Positions 18,476-26,343 of a stretch of DNA of 36,131 nucleotides are shown here, piece after piece (position 1 is the first letter of the stretch; every line of letters begins with the position of its first letter). The translations under genes and the position numbers were made by a program. Where the stretch lies: positions 1-36,131 of the forward strand of contig JBHLLU010000040.1 of assembly GCA_048938895.1 (NCBI GenBank), written 5' to 3'. This DNA is from Promethearchaeota archaeon (lineage in GTDB: Archaea; Asgardarchaeota; Lokiarchaeia; Sigyniarchaeales; SOKP01). Below the pieces are notes generated by a model, which was not told the DNA's origin, ran no database searches, and was given only the letters and a program-made list of their open reading frames with translations.

Positions 18476-19358
18476 AACATCAAGGAGGAGAGAAACTATA
18501 ACTAAAGATAAAAAAAAGAAAAATCAATCCCTAAAAGGAAGCACAGCCATATTAAGTGGTGCCTCAACTGGCATTGGAAAAGCAACCGCAAAAGAATTTG
18601 TACAATTGGGTGCTAATGTATGTATCATAGCTAGAAGATCCGATGTCTTAAATAAAGCTATAGAAGATTTAAGAAAAGAATTAATTTACAATTCTCAATT
18701 TATTGAAGCAATCAATTGTGATGCAACTGATATGGATAAATTACAGCCACTTATTGAAAATTTTATTGAAAAACATGGTATTCCTGAATATTTAATAAAT
18801 CTGGTTGGATACGCATTACCAGATTATATTGAGAATTATAAATTCGAAGATTTCAAAGAAAATATGGAAAATAATTATTATGGTCAGTTAATACCTACAC
18901 TAATTTTACTTCCCTATTATTTGAAAGAAAAAAGAGGTCACATAGGGTTTGTTTCTTCAGTTGCAGGATATTTTGGCGTAATGGGATATGCAGCATATAG
19001 TCCAACTAAATTTGCTATTGTAGGCTTAGCAGAAACTTTACGAAATGAGTTATCTCCATATAATATAAACATCTCTATCATCTATCCCCCAGATACTCAA
19101 ACTCCGGCATTTGAGAGGGAAAACATTAAAAAACCAAAAGAATGTATGATAATGTCAGAACGTGCGGGTCTCGTCCAACCTGAGGAGGTCGCAAGACCAT
19201 TAATGGAGGGCTTAGTAAAAAAAAAATTCTATATTCTTATTGGGAAAGCAAAATTTTTATGGAGAATGAAAAGATTATTTCCAAACTTGGTAAATAAAAT
19301 CTCAGACAAAGAATTGAAAAAAGCAAGAAAAAAATTAGAAAAAAATTACAAATATTAA
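18456..19358 (+). CDS. SDR, 3-ketodihydrosphingosine reductase (KDSR)-like subfamily
   Basis: SGASTGIG, YSPTKFAIVGLAETLRNEL and IYPPDTQTPAFERENIKKP, which matches the KDSR/Tsc10-like PPDTxTPxFxxENxxKP signature. Start codon uncertain. Confidence 0.8.
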   Translation: MVGSTYKTSRRRETITKDKKKKNQSLKGSTAILSGASTGIGKATAKEFVQLGANVCIIARRSDVLNKAIEDLRKELIYNSQFIEAINCDATDMDKLQPLIENFIEKHGIPEYLINLVGYALPDYIENYKFEDFKENMENNYYGQLIPTLILLPYYLKEKRGHIGFVSSVAGYFGVMGYAAYSPTKFAIVGLAETLRNELSPYNINISIIYPPDTQTPAFERENIKKPKECMIMSERAGLVQPEEVARPLMEGLVKKKFYILIGKAKFLWRMKRLFPNLVNKISDKELKKARKKLEKNYKY

Positions 19359-19391
19359 ATTTTTTCTTTGTTTTAAAATAGCAAAAGCAAT

Positions 19392-20495
19392 ATGAAAATA
19401 GGACTTATCATAAACCCAATTGCCGGTATGGGAGGAAGTGTCGGTCTTAAAGGAACTGATGGAGATATATATTTAAAAGCATTAACGATGGGAGCTAAAC
19501 CCATAACTCCATTTAGAGTAAATGAAGTATTATCTCATATTACAAAGAGAAAGAAAATTTTTTTGTTAGTAGCGCCAGGTAGTATGGGTGCTAATACTTT
19601 GAAAGATAAAGATTATGAGTTTGAAATAATTGGTGAAATCGGTGAAGTAACCTCAGCAGAGGATACAAAAAGAATAGCAAAGCAGATGCTTAAAGAAGAA
19701 ATTGAATTATTAATTTTTTGTGGTGGAGATGGAACTGCAAGGGATATCTATGATGCCATAGGTTTAGAAATCCCAATAGTTGCTGTACCGGGAGGAGTTA
19801 AAATGTATAGCTCTGTATTTTCATACAATCCGAGAGCAGCAGCTCAAATAATAGATGGATTCATAGAAGGTTTTAGTGAAACTGAAGATAGAGAAGTTCT
19901 CGATATTGATGAAACTCTTGTAAGAGAAGATATGTTAAAAGCAACTTTATATGGTTATTTAAAAGTTTTAACCTTCAGAGATCTGATCCAAGCTGGGAAA
20001 GAAGGTTCACAATTTGGAAGAACTGTTGAAGATAATAAACAAGATATTGCTCAATATGTTATTGAAGATATGAAGGATGATATTCTCTATTTATTAGGCT
20101 CGGGAACCACCGTAAAAGCGATTACTGACAATCTCAGTTTACGTAAAACTCTCCTTGGGATTGATGCAATTCTCAATAAAAAATGCAAAGGGATTGATCT
20201 GAATGAAAAAAGCATTCTCAAGTTATTAGAGAAATATCCCAATACAGAGATTATAATTTCCCCTATAGGAGGACAAGGATTTATCTTTGGGAGAGGAAAT
20301 AAACAATTAACTCCAGAAGTTATTAAAAAAATCGGGAAAAAAAATATTAATATTATAGCAACTAAAAATAAAATTAGAAACCTTCGTTGTTTAAGAGTTG
20401 ATACCGGGGATGCAGATCTTGATGTAGAGCTTAAGGGATTTGTAAAAGTTATAATAGGTTATCGAGAAGTGTCCGTTATCAAAATTGAATGTTAA
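19392..20495 (+). CDS. ATP-NAD/AcoX kinase family protein (COG3199-like)
   Basis: IGLIINPIAGMGGSVGLKGTDG, GGDGTARD, PGGVKMYS, GSGTT, PIGGQGFIFGRGNKQL and RVDTGD. Confidence 0.88.
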   Translation: MKIGLIINPIAGMGGSVGLKGTDGDIYLKALTMGAKPITPFRVNEVLSHITKRKKIFLLVAPGSMGANTLKDKDYEFEIIGEIGEVTSAEDTKRIAKQMLKEEIELLIFCGGDGTARDIYDAIGLEIPIVAVPGGVKMYSSVFSYNPRAAAQIIDGFIEGFSETEDREVLDIDETLVREDMLKATLYGYLKVLTFRDLIQAGKEGSQFGRTVEDNKQDIAQYVIEDMKDDILYLLGSGTTVKAITDNLSLRKTLLGIDAILNKKCKGIDLNEKSILKLLEKYPNTEIIISPIGGQGFIFGRGNKQLTPEVIKKIGKKNINIIATKNKIRNLRCLRVDTGDADLDVELKGFVKVIIGYREVSVIKIEC

Positions 20496-20565
20496 GATCT
20501 TTATAAGGATTATAATTAGAAGGGCTTAACTTATAAAATGATATTAGATTTTTAGCTATTATATA

Positions 20566-21681
20566 ATGGAAAAAACCGATGTAATTAAAAAAGCATTAGA
20601 ACTGGGATTTGAAGATATCGGGTTTACCACTGTTGATCCTTTTGATTCACAAGAAGAAATTCTTAACTCTAGAAAAGAAGAATATGCTTGGGCATTGACA
20701 AAAGGAATTGATCTTAAAAAAGGTCTTGATCCGAAAAATATATTACATGATGCAAGATCCATAATAGTTTTAATTGACGTATATTTTAAGGAAGCTTATC
20801 CAACGCATATGGAAGGTTTTTACGGGCGTTGTTATTTGGATGATGATAGAATGACTAGGGGTCAATTGTACCAACGTATTAAAGAATTTCGTAGTTATTT
20901 ACGAGATAATGGTATAGATTCAAGAGCTCCATTTAACATTCCCCACCGTTTAACAGCAGCAAGAGCAGGATTAGGAACGTTTGGTAAAAATAATTTCCTT
21001 TACTCACGAAAAGCCGCAAGAAAAAGTTCTTGGTTAACACCAATTCCATTAATAGTGGATTATGAATTCGAACCTGATGAACCTACGATTGAGATTGGTT
21101 GTCCTAAATGGTGTAAAAACACATGCATTGCTTCTTGTCCTACAGGAGCTCTTAGTAAGCCAAATAAAATAGATCCTCGAAAATGTATATCTTATCTTAG
21201 TTATTATCAAGAAGGAATTACTCCATTGGAGATTCGTGAACAATTAGGAACATGGGTATACGGATGTGATAGATGTCAAGAAGTTTGTCCTCGTAATAGA
21301 CCATGGCTTTCTAAGAATTTACCTTTTAATGAGAGAGTTCTTGCTAAAGAAAAGGATTTCAACTTAGTAAAATTACTTCACATGGATCGAGAATATTATA
21401 AAACAAAAATATGGCCTCAAATGTTTTATATGTCTTTAGATGAGCTGTGGCGCTGGAAAATGAATGTAGCTAGGGCTATGGGAAATTCTATAGATCTCAA
21501 ATATATTCCTGAGTTAATTAAAGCTTTCAAGGAGAATAAAGATGAAAGAGTAAAAGGAATGATTGTATGGGCCTTAGGACGGTTAGGTGGTCTCGAAGCA
21601 AAAAAAGCTCTAGAAGCTTTTCTAAATAACAGTAATGGTTTAGTTAAGGAAGAAATTTTACAGGCTCTTAAAAAATTCTAA
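20566..21681 (+). CDS. Epoxyqueuosine reductase (QueG)-like cobalamin/2x[4Fe-4S] protein with C-terminal HEAT-like repeat
   Basis: ALELGFEDIGF, ARSIIVL, AARAGLGTFGKN, CPKWCKNTCIASCPTGAL, DPRKCISY, GCDRCQEVCPRN and VWALGRLGG. Confidence 0.82.
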   Translation: MEKTDVIKKALELGFEDIGFTTVDPFDSQEEILNSRKEEYAWALTKGIDLKKGLDPKNILHDARSIIVLIDVYFKEAYPTHMEGFYGRCYLDDDRMTRGQLYQRIKEFRSYLRDNGIDSRAPFNIPHRLTAARAGLGTFGKNNFLYSRKAARKSSWLTPIPLIVDYEFEPDEPTIEIGCPKWCKNTCIASCPTGALSKPNKIDPRKCISYLSYYQEGITPLEIREQLGTWVYGCDRCQEVCPRNRPWLSKNLPFNERVLAKEKDFNLVKLLHMDREYYKTKIWPQMFYMSLDELWRWKMNVARAMGNSIDLKYIPELIKAFKENKDERVKGMIVWALGRLGGLEAKKALEAFLNNSNGLVKEEILQALKKF

Positions 21682-22653
21682 CTAAATTTTTTTATGACCC
21701 TTAAGAATTCTAATGATCATTTTATCTCTAAACTTCCTTAGAGATTCATTATCATTACCAAATTCGGGAGTTCGATTTGCTAATTCTTTGTTAACTTCTT
21801 CTTGGATAAAATCAGCATATAATTCTAAATCTTTAACAGCTTGTTCACTCTGATCCTCTAAATTTGATTTTCCGATATGTAGTGTTATCCCTTTAATCCC
21901 TCCTTCTCCTCCGCCTAATTGATAGATTAAATATGGTCCCATAGTAGCCCATCGCAAGCCTGGACCAAAACTTACTGCTTTATCAATATCTTCAGCTGTG
22001 CAAACTCCATCTTCTATTAACTCTCTACACTTATCACTAACAGCACTCTGAATTTGGTTTGCTATAAACCCAGAAACGTCTTTTTTAAGAATAATGGGTA
22101 CTTTATTTATCGATTCAAAAAAGTCAGCAGCCACTCTCGCAGCTTCTTGTGAACCCTTTTCCCCCTCGGGTACAGTTATCTCAACTAAAGGGATAAGGTG
22201 TGGTGGGTTGTATGGATGAGCCCCAATACATCTTTTTGAATATTGCGTGAGTTTTGTAATATCACTAATCAATTTGTAAGATGTACTACTAGCATAAATA
22301 GCATCTGCACTTGCATATTTATCAATTTTTCTAAGCAACTCTTGTTTTATTACTAAATCTTCAATTATTGCCTCTATAATTAGGTGAACATTACTTAATG
22401 CAATTTCAAGTGAGGTTGTGTAATTTATCAATTTCATCATATTAGGGATCTCTTCTTTATTAATTATGTCATTCTCAGCTAAACTTTCAAGATTCCTTTG
22501 GATTTCTGTCCTAGCTTTGGTTTCTTCCTCAGCAGAATAGAGCCATAAATTCACAGGAAAGCCCTTCCAAATAAAATTTGTTGTCCAGCTATTTCCAATG
22601 ACGCCTGCTCCTAGTACTGCAATTTTCTTTATATTAGTAGCTTCCATTTCCAA
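21682..22653 (-). CDS. 3-hydroxyacyl-CoA dehydrogenase family protein, lambda-crystallin/L-carnitine dehydrogenase-like
   Basis: GAGVIGNSW, EAIIEDLVIK, ASSTS, GAHPYNPPHLIPLVE, GFIANQIQ and GPGLRWATMGP. Confidence 0.88.
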   Translation of the reverse strand: MEMEATNIKKIAVLGAGVIGNSWTTNFIWKGFPVNLWLYSAEEETKARTEIQRNLESLAENDIINKEEIPNMMKLINYTTSLEIALSNVHLIIEAIIEDLVIKQELLRKIDKYASADAIYASSTSYKLISDITKLTQYSKRCIGAHPYNPPHLIPLVEITVPEGEKGSQEAARVAADFFESINKVPIILKKDVSGFIANQIQSAVSDKCRELIEDGVCTAEDIDKAVSFGPGLRWATMGPYLIYQLGGGEGGIKGITLHIGKSNLEDQSEQAVKDLELYADFIQEEVNKELANRTPEFGNDNESLRKFRDKMIIRILKGHKKI

Positions 22654-22739
22654 AAGACCAATTTAAAATTGATTTTCTATATAGAATTATATTATATAGT
22701 TCATAAAAATAATTATTCCTTTGAATAAAATGATTTGTT

Positions 22740-23576
22740 ATGAAAAGTAAAATAAAAGTAATTACACTAATAGGAGTAGGATATTTAGGGAAACAAATTA
22801 TTGAGAAATCTCTTTTGTTTAACTATGAAATAAAAGCTTTTGATACCAATCATGAAGACTTAAACTCTTTTACAGAAAATATGAATGAATTAATTAAAAA
22901 GAACAATTTGCAATGTAAAATAACTCAATACAATACTATTGAGGATGCGGTTAAAACTACAGATCTTGTAATAGAGGCTGTTCCAGAAAAACTTGATTTA
23001 AAGAGAGAAGTCTTTTCTAAAATAGATAAAGCAGCTTCACCACATACAATAATCGCTACGAATAGTTCATCAATACCTATTTCGAAAATAGAAGATGTTG
23101 TTGAAAGGAGAGATAAAGTCATGAATATCCATTTTTACGATCTTTTTAAGATTCCTCTTGCTGATATTATGCGGGGAACAAAAACAAGTGATGAAACGTT
23201 CGAGAAAGGCAGGAATTGGTTAGAAAGTATAGAAATTACTCCTCTTGAAGTTAAAAAGGAATGTTATGGATTTGTATTGAATAGAATTTGGAGAGCAATT
23301 AAAAAAGATTGTTTGAAGATTTGGGCTGGAGGTCACGCAGATATTGAAACTGTTGATAAAGCTTGGAAAACGTTTTGTCAATATTTTGTCACCACCGAAG
23401 TTGGACCTTTTCAATTTATGGATCGCATTGGATTAGATGTAGTTTATGATATTGAAATGTCCTATTTTAAAAATAGTGGTCTATCAGATGATAAACCTCC
23501 AGATAGATTAAAAGAATTAGTTGAAAAAGGGAATCTAGGTGTTAAATCGGGAAATGGATTTTATAACTATGAATGA
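22740..23576 (+). CDS. 3-hydroxyacyl(butyryl)-CoA dehydrogenase family protein
   Basis: GVGYLG, EAVPEKLDLK, ATNSSS, GFVLNRI, GPFQFMDRIGLD and GNLGVKSGNGFY. Confidence 0.88.
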   Translation: MKSKIKVITLIGVGYLGKQIIEKSLLFNYEIKAFDTNHEDLNSFTENMNELIKKNNLQCKITQYNTIEDAVKTTDLVIEAVPEKLDLKREVFSKIDKAASPHTIIATNSSSIPISKIEDVVERRDKVMNIHFYDLFKIPLADIMRGTKTSDETFEKGRNWLESIEITPLEVKKECYGFVLNRIWRAIKKDCLKIWAGGHADIETVDKAWKTFCQYFVTTEVGPFQFMDRIGLDVVYDIEMSYFKNSGLSDDKPPDRLKELVEKGNLGVKSGNGFYNYE

Positions 23577-23604
23577 ATTAGGAACTAACTAAATAATTAG
23601 AATT

Positions 23605-23636
23605 GTTTATTTTCTAAACTTTTTTTTGTTATTTTT
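23605..23636 (+). terminator. Probable oligo-T terminator region
   Basis: T-rich tract including a T run at ~23619-23627, downstream of the stop at 23576. Confidence 0.35.
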
Positions 23637-23683
23637 AATTTAAAAAAGTAATCCTTATAGTCGAATTGTTTATTTATATCACA

Positions 23684-24400
23684 ATGTCAGAAAAAAGAAA
23701 AAAAGATATTCCACGTATTAAGGAACTAGAAAGCATCAATTTAGCTACTGAAGATATAAGAGATCTAGTGGTACAAACTAAGATGGAAGTAGAAAAAGAC
23801 AATGAACTCTTAGCTAAACAGAATAATGAGGAATTAAAGAAATACAATATTAAATCTATAGACATTGTTGGTGCTATTGGTGCAGGTAAAACTGCATTAA
23901 TAGAAAAAATCGTTGAAAAATTGTCAGCAAAGTATCGAATCTTAGTTATATGTGGGGATATAACAACTAGAGTCGATGCTGATAGAATTCAGGCTCATAA
24001 CGCTGAAACAATTCAAATTAACACAGGGAGGGAATGTGCTTTAAACGCATATCATATTCACCAAATTATTGAAAATAAGGATTTAAATGACTATGATTTA
24101 TTGTTTATTGAAAATGTTGGAAATTTAATATGCCCCTCTGACTTCACTCTTGGCACAGATAAACGTATAACTGTCGTTTCTACAACAGAGGGGGAATGGG
24201 TTATAGAAAAGCATCCTATGTTATTTAAAATGTCACAAGTTGCTGTAATCAACAAGGTTGATCTTGCTGAAAGATTAGGGACTAATATTCAAAAAATGGA
24301 AGATGATGCTAAATCAATTAATCCAGACATCCAGGTTATTAAAACAAGTGCCAAAACTGGCAAAAATGTTGATGAACTAATAAATATATTAGATTTATAA
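23684..24400 (+). CDS. hypB: Hydrogenase nickel incorporation GTPase HypB (atypical metal site)
   Basis: GAIGAGKT, GDITTRVDADRI, ENVGNLICP, EGEWVIEKHP, NKVD and TSAKTG. Start set at ATG 23684 (MSEKR); the ORF track starts at TTG 23666. Confidence 0.88.
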   Translation: MSEKRKKDIPRIKELESINLATEDIRDLVVQTKMEVEKDNELLAKQNNEELKKYNIKSIDIVGAIGAGKTALIEKIVEKLSAKYRILVICGDITTRVDADRIQAHNAETIQINTGRECALNAYHIHQIIENKDLNDYDLLFIENVGNLICPSDFTLGTDKRITVVSTTEGEWVIEKHPMLFKMSQVAVINKVDLAERLGTNIQKMEDDAKSINPDIQVIKTSAKTGKNVDELINILDL

Positions 24401-24413
24401 TAATTGAGAGATT

Positions 24414-24836
24414 ATGAAGGAAGATCTAAAACAACTAGAACAATTACTTAATGAAAAAGAATATAATCTTGAAAAGATTAAAATTCTAAAGTCAAAATTG
24501 TTGAAAGAGCATATTAAGGGTTTGAAAATTGAACATTATATCGGAGATTATCCTACTTTTATGGAACCTGTAATTCTTGGAGATCAAGTTAAAATTGGTG
24601 ATGATGTTCTTATAGGTCCAAAAGTATACATCGGTAGTAATTCAGTAATTGAAGACTATGCTGAAATTTCAAATTCAATAATATTTGATAATGTGAAAAT
24701 TGGTAGAAATTTCAAATTAGATAACTGTATAATTATTAAGAATAGCAATTTAAATTTTGACAATTTTAGTAGTAAAAATAGTATACTAAAAGGAATAGCT
24801 AAAACTAGGGACGTCTTAGAAATAATTCCACTTTAG
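24414..24836 (+). CDS. Stand-alone left-handed beta-helix (hexapeptide repeat) protein, resembling the C-terminus of NDP-sugar pyrophosphorylases
   Basis: EPVILGDQVKIGDDVLIGPKVYIGSNSVIEDYAEISNSIIFDNVKIG. Confidence 0.8.
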   Translation: MKEDLKQLEQLLNEKEYNLEKIKILKSKLLKEHIKGLKIEHYIGDYPTFMEPVILGDQVKIGDDVLIGPKVYIGSNSVIEDYAEISNSIIFDNVKIGRNFKLDNCIIIKNSNLNFDNFSSKNSILKGIAKTRDVLEIIPL

Positions 24837-24862
24837 GTTAATAAATATAAAAGCCAATTTTT

Positions 24863-25690
24863 TTGAAGGTGTTTTTTTTGAAAGAGAAAAAATATATGAA
24901 CGTAAATCTAAAAAGATGGAACGAACTTGTAAATATAAACGCTAACGCCAAGTCATATGATTTAGAGGGTTTCAAATCTGGGAAAACTTCGCTTTTTCCA
25001 ATTGAACAAGAAGAATTGGGATATGTTGATGGGAAAACATTATTACATCTTCAGTGTCATTTTGGTATGGACACACTTTCATGGGCAAGGAAGGGTGCAA
25101 TAGTAACTGGTATAGATTTCTCAGAAAAAGCTATTTCTTTAGCAAATGATTTGAGTAAAGAACTAAATATTCCTGCTAAATTTATTTTGTCAAATTTATA
25201 TGATGTGCCGAAGAATATTGAAAAAAAATTTGATATTGTTTATACATCATATGGAGTATTATGTTGGTTGCCAGATATAGTTAAGTGGGCTCAAGTTATC
25301 AATCACTGTCTCAAACCAGGGGGAATTTTCTATATAATTGAGAGTCATCCATTTGGCTTTCTTATAAATGAAAACCAAGAACCTTTCGAGGTGGGTTATA
25401 ATTATTTTACAGATGGAAAACCACTTTACTGGGAGGAGGGGCAATCTTATGCGGATCCGACAGCTGAATTAAAAAATCAAGCAAGTTATGAATGGTTTCA
25501 CACTATGGGTGATATAATAAACTCTTTAATAGAGATAAATCTAAAAATAGAATTTTTCCATGAATTTCCAATGTGCTATTTTAAAATTCATCCAAAAATG
25601 AAATTAAGAGAAGATGGATATTGGGAATTTGAAGATTTTAAATTTAACGTTCCGATGATGTTTTCTATAAAAGCACACAAGGAAACTTAA
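24863..25690 (+). CDS. Class I SAM-dependent methyltransferase (LHLQCHFG subfamily)
   Basis: LLHLQCHFGMDTLSWAR, TGIDFS, FDIVYTSYGVLCWLPD and LKPGG. The real start is probably TTG 24878 or ATG 24896. Confidence 0.88.
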   Translation: MKVFFLKEKKYMNVNLKRWNELVNINANAKSYDLEGFKSGKTSLFPIEQEELGYVDGKTLLHLQCHFGMDTLSWARKGAIVTGIDFSEKAISLANDLSKELNIPAKFILSNLYDVPKNIEKKFDIVYTSYGVLCWLPDIVKWAQVINHCLKPGGIFYIIESHPFGFLINENQEPFEVGYNYFTDGKPLYWEEGQSYADPTAELKNQASYEWFHTMGDIINSLIEINLKIEFFHEFPMCYFKIHPKMKLREDGYWEFEDFKFNVPMMFSIKAHKET

Positions 25691-25701
25691 AGTAGATTCC
25701 C

Positions 25702-26343
25702 CTATTGATCCTTCTGGGCAAAAATGTATCTCAAAAAATGGGTATGAAATCCCTGTGTACCATGATTTTCCTGTTCTTCAATTATTCCTTGCTCTAAAAG
25801 GTTTAACTCCTTAAAATCTTTTGCTAGATCGGCTTCTGTGAAATAGTGAGTAGGTCTTCCAGGTTTACTTTCATATGTGTATCTTTCAATCTCTTTTCCT
25901 TTACCAAAACTCAGTTCTTTTTCTGAAAAAACTGTAAAAAAAACAAACCCCTTATGATTTAATATATTATAACAATTATTAAGGACTTTCGTACGTTCTT
26001 CTTTAAGAAATAAATGTAAAGTGTTAAAGCAAAAAATAGCATCAAATTTTTTATCAAGATTATCCATCTCGAGTATGGATCCACAGATGAATTTTGTTAG
26101 AGGGTCGAATTTTTTAGCGATCTTAAAAGCAGCATCAGATAACTCGATTCCTACAACTTTATAACCAATATCAGAAAAATATTTTGAATGTCTTCCATAT
26201 CCAGAACCAGGTACTAATATTGACTTTATTTGATACTTCTTTATTAACTCTAAAAAATAAAAAGCTGATTTACTTGGTAATTCTCCCCAAATTTTTCCTT
26301 CTTCTGAATATCGGGTATTCCAATAAAATTTATTGTGACTCAT
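25702..26343 (-). CDS. Class I SAM-dependent methyltransferase
   Basis: YWNTRY...IWG, ILVPGSGYGRHS, GIELS and FDAIFCFNTLHLF. Start set at ATG 26343 (MSHNKFYW), a short overlap with the upstream gene's end. Confidence 0.85.
   Translation of the reverse strand: MSHNKFYWNTRYSEEGKIWGELPSKSAFYFLELIKKYQIKSILVPGSGYGRHSKYFSDIGYKVVGIELSDAAFKIAKKFDPLTKFICGSILEMDNLDKKFDAIFCFNTLHLFLKEERTKVLNNCYNILNHKGFVFFTVFSEKELSFGKGKEIERYTYESKPGRPTHYFTEADLAKDFKELNLLEQGIIEEQENHGTQGFHTHFLRYIFAQKDQ

Noticed and set aside
20566-21681. Calling the QueG-like gene a respiratory reductive dehalogenase
   Set aside because: There is no Tat signal or rdhB anchor, and the CISY motif and C-terminal HEAT-like repeat are QueG-type.
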